Positions 30,695 to 40,269 of a stretch of DNA of 64,000 bases are shown piece by piece (the stretch's first letter is position 1; every line of letters begins with the position of its first letter). Origin of the DNA: a virus (taxonomy: Duplodnaviria; Caudoviricetes); the IMG/VR virus record IMGVR_UViG_3300028797_000101, positions 32,001 through 96,000 of that record, one strand, 5' to 3'. The notes below the pieces were generated by a model. That model was given only the letters and a program-made list of their open reading frames with translations. It had not been told where the DNA came from and did no database searches. Both the position numbers and the translations under genes were made by a program.

Positions 30695-31564
30695 ATGGCA
30701 AGTGTATTGTTAGCAAACTATCCGAAGTACTCAACTTTCACCTACTGGTTCGTGAGAACTAATACATTCAGTGTGTATGATGTGTACCGCAAGGACACAA
30801 AAGAAAAGATGGGAAGGATCATAGACCTGCCTAGTGAATTTAAGATTCATGAAGACAAGCCCATTCTTCCAGAGATTTGCAAAGCTGATTTTGCAATGTT
30901 TCATGAACGTCCTGAATTCATCAGATTCCAAGGAATTTATGATCAGGACACTTATGAACGCACCTTACTCGGCGTGTTCTTGATTCATCTCTTCCGGACT
31001 ATCGAACCAGGTAAGGACTTAGATGCAGAAGAAAATCTCAACAGAATAAATGCTTGTTTAGAGTGGTTGAAATCTACAGATTTCTACACCTGTCCTGCAA
31101 GCTCTCGATATCATGAATGCTATGATGGGGGCCTACTTGCGCATACATTAAAAGTAGCAAAGCTCTCCTCAGAACTATGCGGGCTAAAGGTATTCAAGAC
31201 TGTAAACTGGGAGGAAGCTATATTTGTTGCACTTGTCCATGATTGGTGCAAGATCGGCTACTATGAAAGTTATGAGAAAAACGTGAAGAATGCTTCCGGT
31301 AACTGGGTGAAAGAGAAAGCATACAAGACACGGGACACTTCTTTAACGTGCTTCGGTCATGGAGTATCTTCTATGTTCTTGGCCCAGAGATTCTTCAACC
31401 TTTCTGTACCTGTTGCGCTTGCTATTAGATGGCATATGGCTGCTTGGAGAGTAGTTGATTCTGAGATGAATGAGTTACAGCAGGCTAACGAAACTACGCC
31501 GCTTGTTCACCTTATTCAATTTGCTGATCAGCTGTCCATCACTAAGTATCCTTTAATATCTTGA
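30695..31564 (+). CDS. HD-domain phosphohydrolase
   Basis: PASSRYH..GGLLAH, HDWCK, GHG, IRWHM and AD motifs. Confidence 0.85.
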   Translation: MASVLLANYPKYSTFTYWFVRTNTFSVYDVYRKDTKEKMGRIIDLPSEFKIHEDKPILPEICKADFAMFHERPEFIRFQGIYDQDTYERTLLGVFLIHLFRTIEPGKDLDAEENLNRINACLEWLKSTDFYTCPASSRYHECYDGGLLAHTLKVAKLSSELCGLKVFKTVNWEEAIFVALVHDWCKIGYYESYEKNVKNASGNWVKEKAYKTRDTSLTCFGHGVSSMFLAQRFFNLSVPVALAIRWHMAAWRVVDSEMNELQQANETTPLVHLIQFADQLSITKYPLIS

Positions 31565-31621
31565 ACCTTGTATACTTGTTGAAATGATTCTTTTACATTT
31601 ATCATTATGGAGGTTAGAGTG

Positions 31622-32029
31622 ATGAGAATTTCTGTTAACAAACATACAGTGACAGCATCTCAGAGAATTGTAGCTGCAGATGAAGATAATCCATTTGAGG
31701 GAATGCAGGCAGACAAGGTCGAGGAGGACAACTTCGATACCTCTTTTGAATCTACTGAGGATGATGTAACAGATCAGTTAGACGACATATCTGATGATGT
31801 TGAAGACCTTCAGGACGCTTTATCTGATGTTCAGGAGGATGACACAAACATCGAGATAGACAACAACATCTCCGGACATTACATAGCTGAATGTGAGAGA
31901 TGTCATGGAATCTTTATTTCAGCTGTAACCGAATCTGATCAAACTGTCAAGAAAATAACCGGTGTGTGTCCTCTGTGTGACAGAGAGACAGATCAGTATT
32001 TGAAATGGGTGGTGAAGGATATTGAGTAA
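31622..32029 (+). CDS. Acidic Zn-ribbon protein, VTAS/IVAAD leader
   Basis: CERC..CPLC; late-type motif at 31564. Confidence 0.65.
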   Translation: MRISVNKHTVTASQRIVAADEDNPFEGMQADKVEEDNFDTSFESTEDDVTDQLDDISDDVEDLQDALSDVQEDDTNIEIDNNISGHYIAECERCHGIFISAVTESDQTVKKITGVCPLCDRETDQYLKWVVKDIE

Positions 32030-32255
32030 AGCTGATCACGAAGGCAGGTACTGTTGTGATTTCTGTGGTAATTTTCATAGACGATTACCTGGAAACATAT
32101 ACAAGTTAGCTATAAAAGGGAAAACTTTTCATTTTTGTAGCTGGACATGCTACGAATCGGCAAAAAGAATAAAAGCCTCTACTTCTGGAGAAGACGCGAG
32201 GCGGCGATTAGAAAAGAGAAGGGAGAAGTTTTCTAGCAATGAAGCGATATGTTAA
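32022..32255 (+). CDS. Small Zn-binding (TRASH-like) protein
   Basis: CDFCG..FCSWTC motif. Confidence 0.55.
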   Translation: MSKADHEGRYCCDFCGNFHRRLPGNIYKLAIKGKTFHFCSWTCYESAKRIKASTSGEDARRRLEKRREKFSSNEAIC

Positions 32256-32616
32256 TTGTTCACAAGAAAAAACATTGGATATCAATCAGGACAATCATAT
32301 AACTTTCTATCATGGCCGCAGGATGTTTGCTGCAAACATTCGGATGATTCAGCCATATCCATTGTTTGTAGGACATGTATATCAGCCACATCCATATGAT
32401 GATGCTGAATACACAACCGCGTATATTGGTAGACGCGGAATTATGTACGTAGAATTTGTGCGGGATGGAAAAGTTATCAGCAGAATGCAGCTCCATGTTT
32501 ACGACGAGGAAGACTACGAGAGACCAGAAGACTATGTGAATGATGTTCTAGATCAGATTGCAGTAGAAATATTGGATCTGGATAGAAATGTAGAACCTAG
32601 GATGGTTCATAACTAG
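32239..32616 (+). CDS. Hypothetical protein, MKRYVNCSQ leader
   Basis: ORF overlapping the previous stop codon. Confidence 0.6.
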   Translation: MKRYVNCSQEKTLDINQDNHITFYHGRRMFAANIRMIQPYPLFVGHVYQPHPYDDAEYTTAYIGRRGIMYVEFVRDGKVISRMQLHVYDEEDYERPEDYVNDVLDQIAVEILDLDRNVEPRMVHN

Positions 32617-32628
32617 GAGGGGAAGCAC

Positions 32629-33606
32629 ATGGCCTACAGTGCATATGATGCAGAAATGCTGAGCAAGCAGCAAGATGAAGGATATCAATATGAGTTACGT
32701 CACGGATGGGGGCCTGGTACTCTTCCAAAGGATGTTGAAGTCTTTGAACATACTGTGGATGGCTACAAGGACTACGTGACGCTCAATCGGAAACTAACTC
32801 CGGAAGAATTGAAGGAGTACGATATAAAAGAAAGGAGCAATACCGCAATGAATGATGATTTCAAGTCTGCATCCACAGGCGACCTTACGCTTGAGTACAT
32901 AAATCACATTTATTATGTCATTGATGAGTTCGCTGATGACGAGGACAACACATTGTTCTACACGTCTAGACTAGAAGGAATTAAAGAAAACTACCCATCG
33001 CTTTATCAAGCGTTTGTCAACAAGTATGGAGTAATCGAAGATTATGACAACAACGATGATGTAGATTATGCTAGCGATGATGAAGACTACGACAACAACG
33101 ATGATGAAACTTATGAACTCATTGATCGTAAGGACGTTCTTGATTCAGATGGGTTCTACACAGAGTATTCGATGTATCGAGATCTTTCTACCGGTGAATA
33201 TGTTTTCGTGTTTGGCGACAGCGATATTTACAGACCTGAGGATGGCGATTTCGATCATGTAACTGACAGTGAAGACGAAGCCTGGGAGTGGTTCAACAGC
33301 TATGAAGGATTCGCAGAGGATGAGGACGAAGATATCTACAGCAGCGTAGAACTTGATGCAGCTGCTCAAGACAGGCTTGAAGATATCGAGTTCGTAATGA
33401 ACAATTATGTCAATGGAACATATGGCATGACTGTAGAGTCTCAAGGCAACGGCAAGTTCATTGTAGACTACGAGGGCTTGATTGCAGAAGTGCAGTTTAA
33501 TCCTGCCGCAGATGAATTTGTTTACACTATCAATGGAGCAGGACCTTTTGATCACAGCTCATATGAATACATTGCTAAAGACATCTACGATGTTCTGATG
33601 TTCTGA
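32629..33606 (+). CDS. Acidic multi-module protein with N-terminal DarA_C-like domain
   Basis: YELRHGWGPGTLPK..YVTLNRKLTPEELKEYDIK resembles the defence-against-restriction A C-terminal domain. Confidence 0.55.
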   Translation: MAYSAYDAEMLSKQQDEGYQYELRHGWGPGTLPKDVEVFEHTVDGYKDYVTLNRKLTPEELKEYDIKERSNTAMNDDFKSASTGDLTLEYINHIYYVIDEFADDEDNTLFYTSRLEGIKENYPSLYQAFVNKYGVIEDYDNNDDVDYASDDEDYDNNDDETYELIDRKDVLDSDGFYTEYSMYRDLSTGEYVFVFGDSDIYRPEDGDFDHVTDSEDEAWEWFNSYEGFAEDEDEDIYSSVELDAAAQDRLEDIEFVMNNYVNGTYGMTVESQGNGKFIVDYEGLIAEVQFNPAADEFVYTINGAGPFDHSSYEYIAKDIYDVLMF

Positions 33607-33629
33607 TGCAGGAGTAGGAGGACGTCTAA

Positions 33630-35531
33630 ATGGATTTTATGTTTGATCAAGATGCAGGATTCTTTACAAGAGATGATCTAAACGAGTTTTCAAGTGAACT
33701 GGAGGATGCGCTTTCCGGATATGGTGACTTTGGAGTTAGTGAAAGCTACATGGAGAAAGAAGGCAAATCATACATCTTTTACATCAGCATTGTCAACATG
33801 GACACGATGTCTGAGTTTGAGATCGACATTCCTATCGACATGAGGAAAATAAGAAAGCCTTCCGATCTTATTACTAAGTACATTCCTCAAGCTGTAGACG
33901 AAGTATTATCCACAGAACGTGAGCTAGGTGAAATAACTAGCTCGGAAGAGGTTACTTCCGGCACCTCATTAAAGCGAATTGTCAAAGAAGACAGTGCCGA
34001 TAACTATCATGTTCTTCGTAACTGGAAGCGCATGACGGACGACGAAGCAGAAGATGCAGCAAAGCAAGCTTCATTGGACGACCCAGAGGGCGTCTACTAC
34101 GTAGCGTATGATGACGTTATGAATCCATCATCTGAATACAGATGGAAGAATGGTGTGAAGAAAAGCATCTACGCGGATGAAGATGTAGATGAAGAAGAGG
34201 ATTACATCGACACACCAGAACAGGAATTCACTTCTGAGAAAACCTCTATCAATGCTGACAAGCTGCCCGCATTGTTTAAGATGGTTAAGTTCGCACCGAA
34301 TTCTCTGAACTTAGACTACGGCGGAGGAAAATTCGACAATGTTACAGATTTCTTAGCCGAGCAGAATGTAGAAAATCTTGTTTATGATCCTTACAACAGA
34401 AGCGCAGAGCACAATAAATCCGTTCTCGCTAAGGTTCGTAGCAACGGCGGTGCTGACACCATTACTTGTTCCAATGTTTTGAACGTAGTAAAAGAGCCTG
34501 AGGTTCGTCAGTCCATCTTAACCAACATCAAGAAGCTGCTCAAGCCTAACGGAACTGTTTACATCACAGTTTACGAAGGCCTGAAAGACAAACCTGAAGG
34601 GCCTACAAAATCCGGATATCAACTCAACAGAAAAACAGAAGATTATCTAGATGAGATCCGGCAGGTCTTCCCAGATGCAGAAAGGAGAGGTAAATTGATT
34701 ACAGCACACAACGGAGCTAGTGCAGTAAAGAGCGCAACCGCTATTACATCTGCTTCCGATGAACAAACACTCTTGTCCGAACTTCAATCAGCTTTAACAG
34801 AAATCATGAAGTCCTTCGGATTTGAAGATAAAGAAGTACCGCTGTACTCGAGAATCGACATTTCTGAAAATAAAGATGGCTACATAATAATCGAAGTAGG
34901 TGCGGAGTTGAGTTATGACGGAATGTCGGAACTGGGTGATGCACTTGATCCTATCGTTCAGAAGTATGATTCAGATGCTTATTTCGACATGGAAGATCCC
35001 GGATTGATGTCTGCATTCCTTGCACCTGGTTCAATCAAAATAAAGGCTAGCGAAGACATTGAGGATGGTGTAGATGTGATACAAGCTGTATACAATGTTC
35101 CTGATCACGATTTAGAACCCGATGAAGAAGAGCCTGTAGAGCTTGATGATGACGAAGCTGTAATTGACGTTTCACTCGATGCAGATGTGGAAATAGATGA
35201 GGATGGTAATTGGGATTTCACCGACACTCAATACCCCTGGGTAAGTGATCAAACATTCTACTTAGAGGATGGTGGAGCTCAAATCTATCTTGCAGATAAA
35301 CTCAGTGTAGTAGAAGATGTATGTGATATCATTGAGCCGCTGCTTCCTGCAGAGCCGGGTGTATATCATGTAAGCGGATTCCCGAATCTCATTTACAACA
35401 TAACAAACAAGATCAGCTACAAGGACAGTGATTACGAGTACGAACCAGAAGACGTAAAGGTTTCATTTGATCTGTCTAAGTCCTACGTAGAGCAGTTCAA
35501 GTGTTACAAGACTTCTGATAGCTCAAAGTAA
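33630..35531 (+). CDS. Acidic multi-module protein containing a class I SAM methyltransferase domain
   Basis: LDYGGG, YDPY, CSNVLNVV and LLKPNG..YITVYEG motifs. Confidence 0.75.
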   Translation: MDFMFDQDAGFFTRDDLNEFSSELEDALSGYGDFGVSESYMEKEGKSYIFYISIVNMDTMSEFEIDIPIDMRKIRKPSDLITKYIPQAVDEVLSTERELGEITSSEEVTSGTSLKRIVKEDSADNYHVLRNWKRMTDDEAEDAAKQASLDDPEGVYYVAYDDVMNPSSEYRWKNGVKKSIYADEDVDEEEDYIDTPEQEFTSEKTSINADKLPALFKMVKFAPNSLNLDYGGGKFDNVTDFLAEQNVENLVYDPYNRSAEHNKSVLAKVRSNGGADTITCSNVLNVVKEPEVRQSILTNIKKLLKPNGTVYITVYEGLKDKPEGPTKSGYQLNRKTEDYLDEIRQVFPDAERRGKLITAHNGASAVKSATAITSASDEQTLLSELQSALTEIMKSFGFEDKEVPLYSRIDISENKDGYIIIEVGAELSYDGMSELGDALDPIVQKYDSDAYFDMEDPGLMSAFLAPGSIKIKASEDIEDGVDVIQAVYNVPDHDLEPDEEEPVELDDDEAVIDVSLDADVEIDEDGNWDFTDTQYPWVSDQTFYLEDGGAQIYLADKLSVVEDVCDIIEPLLPAEPGVYHVSGFPNLIYNITNKISYKDSDYEYEPEDVKVSFDLSKSYVEQFKCYKTSDSSK

Positions 35532-35601
35532 CACAAAATACCAAAATCGTTATAGACTGTGATACAATATGTGTCACAGTCTATTTTTATGGAGGTACAG
35601 G

Positions 35602-37266
35602 ATGTTAAATGAAGAACAGCAGGCCGTAGTTGATTCTACGGATAGTAAGATACTTGTTCTTGCAGGGGCAGGAACAGGAAAAACGCACTGTATGCTTGAA
35701 CGGATAAACCATCTCATTGACGACGGAGCGTCTGCAACATCTATGCTTGTTTTAACATTTACTAACGCAGCTGCATTAGAAATGAAAACAAGATTCATGA
35801 ATAATCAAAACAAGTTCAGATCTATTCCTCCTGAATTCAGAACATTCCACGCGTTCTGCTACAATCTACTCAGCCAAGATAAAGCTATCTTAAGAGAGCT
35901 CGGATACACTTCGCTTCCAAGTATAATCACGGACGTGGAATTAGATAAAATTCACAAAGAAATAATTTTACAGCTTAACTTACATCTGAGCATTAAGAAA
36001 CTGAAGTCTGGGTCCGCACTCAGTCGTCAAGATCAATATGAATTAACTATCTTCAACAAAGCAAAGGACAAAACACTTAAGAAGAAAAATCTAATTACAT
36101 TCGACCTTCTTTGCTCAACTGTATGTAACTTGTTCGAGACTAACTCACCGCTTATTCAAACATACAAAGAGCGATATAAATACATATTTGTAGATGAGTT
36201 TCAAGATACCGATCCCATTCAATGGAACTTTGTGAAGTCTTTCATACCGAATTCAAATATTTATGTTGTAGGCGACGCACTACAAGCTATCTACGCATTT
36301 AGAAACGCGGATTCTACAATAATAAAGAAACTTGCGCATACACCGGATTGGAAATGCTACAGGCTATCAAGAAACTACAGATCCACAGAGCCGATTTGCG
36401 ATTATGCAAACTCTTACAGCAAACTTCGAGAGGACAGCGTAGCACTTGTATCAGATAAAGAAGGCTGCGCTGTTGTAGAGAAGACTTATCTGTACGATGC
36501 ATTTGCTAAACCAAATGCTCCTCAGTTAAATCAACTGAAGGAATGGATAAAAACATTTGAAGGATCTTCTGCAATCCTTTGCCGTTCAAACAAAGAAGTA
36601 GACGATTTGCAGATGTGGTTGAGTTCAGAAAACATACCGTATTCTACAAAGAGAAAATCCGTAGACACATTATCTGTTCTCAACTCTATCATGGATAATG
36701 AATATCTCAAGAACTGGCTTGCTACTTTATTACCTGCAGAAGAGTACACAACCTTCTTGAAGACAGAAAAGATCCATCAGGTAGATGACGGGGAATATTC
36801 ATGCGAAACATTTATAAAAGATTTTGCAATGAACTCTCCTATTCTAACAGAGTCAGCACAAAAAGTATTTGAATGTCGAGAGATTCTAGCTACGTCCGAC
36901 TACGATGCAAGATTGAAGTTTATGAAGCTTTCAGAAAAGCTTCACATACCTCTGTCTCGTAATCATCTCCATTTCATAACTAACACAGAAACAAACAAAG
37001 AAATAGTAGCTTCGTTTATAACAATGTACATGAATATAGAATCTACTGCTTCCGCAGATTCTACAGATCTATATGTAGGCACAATACACTCTGTGAAGGG
37101 GCTTGAGTATGACAATGTCATTGTGCTGAACGTTGACGGAGATTCGTTTCCGGTTTACACAGGGGATAATCTTAACTTGTTCTACGTAGCAGTAACAAGA
37201 GCAAAATCACATCTGTATGTTATGTGGACGGAAGATGATGACGAGGAGGATGAAAATGAGACCTAA
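35602..37266 (+). CDS. UvrD/PcrA-like SF1 helicase
   Basis: AGAGTGKT, TFTNAAA, DEFQD, GDALQAIYAFR, NYRS, HSVKGLE and YVAVTRAK motifs. Confidence 0.95.
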   Translation: MLNEEQQAVVDSTDSKILVLAGAGTGKTHCMLERINHLIDDGASATSMLVLTFTNAAALEMKTRFMNNQNKFRSIPPEFRTFHAFCYNLLSQDKAILRELGYTSLPSIITDVELDKIHKEIILQLNLHLSIKKLKSGSALSRQDQYELTIFNKAKDKTLKKKNLITFDLLCSTVCNLFETNSPLIQTYKERYKYIFVDEFQDTDPIQWNFVKSFIPNSNIYVVGDALQAIYAFRNADSTIIKKLAHTPDWKCYRLSRNYRSTEPICDYANSYSKLREDSVALVSDKEGCAVVEKTYLYDAFAKPNAPQLNQLKEWIKTFEGSSAILCRSNKEVDDLQMWLSSENIPYSTKRKSVDTLSVLNSIMDNEYLKNWLATLLPAEEYTTFLKTEKIHQVDDGEYSCETFIKDFAMNSPILTESAQKVFECREILATSDYDARLKFMKLSEKLHIPLSRNHLHFITNTETNKEIVASFITMYMNIESTASADSTDLYVGTIHSVKGLEYDNVIVLNVDGDSFPVYTGDNLNLFYVAVTRAKSHLYVMWTEDDDEEDENET

Positions 37267-37627
37267 TAATCGTTATGTTAACACATCATTACTTCTAAGA
37301 GCTATGTCACGTAGGTTGTCTAGTCGAAAGGATTGTAAGCAACAGATCTACTGGGTGACTATTTCAATCACAGGAGAGATTGAATTCAAGCCTTATACAT
37401 ACGTCTTCCCAGATACGCACCATAGAGTGAGTCCGGCAAAGTTAGGTATTGTAGAATTTACTCTCACTAGACCGGAATTTGAACGTCTACATCCTAGGAA
37501 AAACAAAGATGGCAGGATGTTTGTTGATCATGATGCAGTAGTGCCTGGAGAATATGTATACGACTATGTCGGTGAGATCAAATCTAGAAGATGGATGACC
37601 GTCGAGTTACGAAACTCGTTGAAATAA
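37256..37627 (+). CDS. Hypothetical protein
   Basis: GGAGG SD; ORF. Confidence 0.45.
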   Translation: MRPNNRYVNTSLLLRAMSRRLSSRKDCKQQIYWVTISITGEIEFKPYTYVFPDTHHRVSPAKLGIVEFTLTRPEFERLHPRKNKDGRMFVDHDAVVPGEYVYDYVGEIKSRRWMTVELRNSLK

Positions 37628-37641
37628 GGAGGATATTACAC

Positions 37642-39570
37642 ATGAAATTAAAGTCAGTTACTATCAAAGGATTTCACAACGTCAAGGATGTTACCTACAC
37701 GTTCGATGAATCGCCTGTAACATATTTTGCAGGCCACAACGGCGCTGGAAAGTCCACAGCGCTTCAAGCTATTCAGCTTGCATTGCTTGGATACATTCCG
37801 GGAACAAGTAAGAGCAGCAAAGAAGCTTTATTCAAGCATGCTAATGGAAACAGCATGGAAGTTGGGGTAAAGCTTGAGGACAATGGGACAGAAGTTACTG
37901 TCACTCGAGGATGGATGAGATCTTCATCTACTATTGTAAGCTCAATCAATGTGACTCCGTCTACTTACACTGTAGAAACAATCGCAGATGCTGTAAAGGA
38001 TCTTGAGCTTCCGGTATTCAACTTCACGGAGTTCTCGTCTATGACTGCAAACAAGTTGAAGGATTGGTTCATCAACTTTCTTCCGAAGCATGAGTTCGAG
38101 ATCGATTGGACGAAAGAGCTCAAGGATGCACTTAAGGGCTTGTATGATCGCGGAGAGGATGCACAGATGCTTGATAGCATTGTGAAACGCGAAGCTGATC
38201 AAATCAGTACAAATACTAAGAAGGGCGTAGAAGTTGTTAGAGACTTCAATGCGTACATCAAGAACATGCTGACCTTCACGAAGCAAGATCAGACAAGAAT
38301 TCAAAGTTCTATTCAGTCACTTGTTTATCATGAAGACGCAAGCGATGTGAACTTGACGATTCCAGAGATCGAGGCAGAGTACAACAAGCTGGATGGTCTT
38401 CGCAGAAGATTATGGGACTACAACAAAGCTGTTCAATTTAATGAGTCTGTAAATGCAAAGATTCAAGCAAACTGTCAGGGTCTGTATGAAGACCTTGCTT
38501 CTGATCCGAATCATGCTGCAAGCGTAAAGAGCATAGATGAGTATCAGAAGGAAGTTGAATCGCACAACGATAAACTAGACGATCTGGATACACAAGAAGA
38601 GGTGGTACTTGCAGACCTGAATAATTTCTACCAGGAGAGACAGTCTCTGTTGATGTCTGTAGAGTCAAAGAAATCTCTGATAGAATCTAACGGAGTGTGC
38701 CCTTACACAAAGTCTGCTTGTGATCCTATACTCAAGCAGATTGAGCAATATCGCAAAGAGGTTGCAGCAACTGAGAAAACTATCGAAGCTAAGACGAAGG
38801 AAGCTGCGAAGCTGGAAGAGAAGCTTCATAGTGTTAGAGCTGAGAAAGGAAGTATTTTGTCAGCGATTGAGATCCTCCGAGTAGCTATACAGCGAGAGTC
38901 TGCGAATATCTTAGATCTTACACGAAGATACGAAATGGCGAAGTCTTTAGCAGGTAGCAAGACTGAACTTCCGGATGTTTCAGACATCGACATCACTGTT
39001 GAGGAGATCGAAGCAAAGATGAAGCAGCTGCAGGACACCAAAGCCAACCTGATTGCAAATGAAAGATACAATGAGCTTCTGAATAAGCTAACTGCTGAAA
39101 AGTACAAAGTGGAGCTCGAGATTGAATGCTACAAGTTGTGGGAGAAGTTAACAGGTGTGAATGGGCTTCAAGCGAATGATTCCGCATCTGTACCGTTTGT
39201 TGATCTTAGCAACGACATGACCGGTTACATCAAGCAGCTGTTTGTGGACGACTACAAAGCGGTGTTTAATATCTCCGGAGGCGCGAACAGTTTCAGTTTT
39301 GGAGTTGTCAAGGGAGAAAAGTTCATTCCGTTTGATCTGCTTTCTTCTGGAGAAAGATGTTTGTTTACGCTTGTGTTGTTTGTCTCGCTGACAAAGTTAT
39401 CCAAGGATCAGCTTCAACTCATCATGATTGATGATCTATTTGATCACTTAGATGATAAAAATGTAGAATCGTTATTTACAATGCTAACAAACATAGAAGG
39501 AATTCAGATGGTGTTCGCCGGTATTGCTAAACTTCCTGAAGTGGCAAACATTCATATCATCAATGTATGA
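37642..39570 (+). CDS. Rad50/SbcC-like SMC ATPase
   Basis: GHNGAGKS, coiled coil with central CPYT..C hook-like motif, LSSGE and IMIDD motifs. Confidence 0.9.
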   Translation: MKLKSVTIKGFHNVKDVTYTFDESPVTYFAGHNGAGKSTALQAIQLALLGYIPGTSKSSKEALFKHANGNSMEVGVKLEDNGTEVTVTRGWMRSSSTIVSSINVTPSTYTVETIADAVKDLELPVFNFTEFSSMTANKLKDWFINFLPKHEFEIDWTKELKDALKGLYDRGEDAQMLDSIVKREADQISTNTKKGVEVVRDFNAYIKNMLTFTKQDQTRIQSSIQSLVYHEDASDVNLTIPEIEAEYNKLDGLRRRLWDYNKAVQFNESVNAKIQANCQGLYEDLASDPNHAASVKSIDEYQKEVESHNDKLDDLDTQEEVVLADLNNFYQERQSLLMSVESKKSLIESNGVCPYTKSACDPILKQIEQYRKEVAATEKTIEAKTKEAAKLEEKLHSVRAEKGSILSAIEILRVAIQRESANILDLTRRYEMAKSLAGSKTELPDVSDIDITVEEIEAKMKQLQDTKANLIANERYNELLNKLTAEKYKVELEIECYKLWEKLTGVNGLQANDSASVPFVDLSNDMTGYIKQLFVDDYKAVFNISGGANSFSFGVVKGEKFIPFDLLSSGERCLFTLVLFVSLTKLSKDQLQLIMIDDLFDHLDDKNVESLFTMLTNIEGIQMVFAGIAKLPEVANIHIINV

Positions 39571-39589
39571 TTGGTAGAAAGGAGATACA

Positions 39590-40009
39590 ATGAAACCTTA
39601 CAGAGTACTTATTAAGCCGTTGGCAGCGTCTTCAAATTTTTCAGAATGCACTGTAATGACTGCCATGTTATCTGTTAATGATAAGGGTCAGCGAAGCATC
39701 TACATTACACAGCGATCTTCTGAAATTCTGGGTCAATTGGTGATGAATTCTGTTAGAGAAGATATCGCCAAAATGATTGCGCATGAGGTGTGCACCAAGA
39801 AAAATTCTACCATTCTCGCTACATATAAGATCAAGAATTTCATTACAGAGGATCAGGAGTTCATGTATAAGATCTATGTAGCAGAAGGTAAAAACAATGT
39901 CCGGAGCATAGCTGATGCACCTCTGGAGTACACACAAGAGGATTGCTTGAAAGCATGTATGGAGCATTTCTGCAAAACTCATGGATTAGAAATAGAGAAA
40001 ACATTATAA
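39590..40009 (+). CDS. Hypothetical protein
   Basis: AAGGAG SD. Confidence 0.55.
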   Translation: MKPYRVLIKPLAASSNFSECTVMTAMLSVNDKGQRSIYITQRSSEILGQLVMNSVREDIAKMIAHEVCTKKNSTILATYKIKNFITEDQEFMYKIYVAEGKNNVRSIADAPLEYTQEDCLKACMEHFCKTHGLEIEKTL

Positions 40010-40020
40010 GGAGAATAAAG

Positions 40021-40257
40021 ATGTCTAAAATCTTAGTCATTAAAACAGAAGATGGAGAAACAATGGAGGAAGTGTTAGCACAAGTTGCCGATGGATTGAC
40101 TCAGCAGTCTAATGCCAAGCTCATTCAGTTGATCGAGAACATGGATCATGTTAGAGCTCAGTATAACGCAAAGTTAGAAGAGCTTAGATCCATCTATGAA
40201 CCTATCTTGAATGATCTTGTTAATAAGATCAATGATGAGTTGCAGACACAGATGTAG
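40021..40257 (+). CDS. Hypothetical coiled-coil protein
   Basis: AGGAG SD before ATG 40021, in frame with the track ORF. Confidence 0.55.
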   Translation: MSKILVIKTEDGETMEEVLAQVADGLTQQSNAKLIQLIENMDHVRAQYNAKLEELRSIYEPILNDLVNKINDELQTQM

Positions 40258-40269
40258 GAGGGCGCAAAC

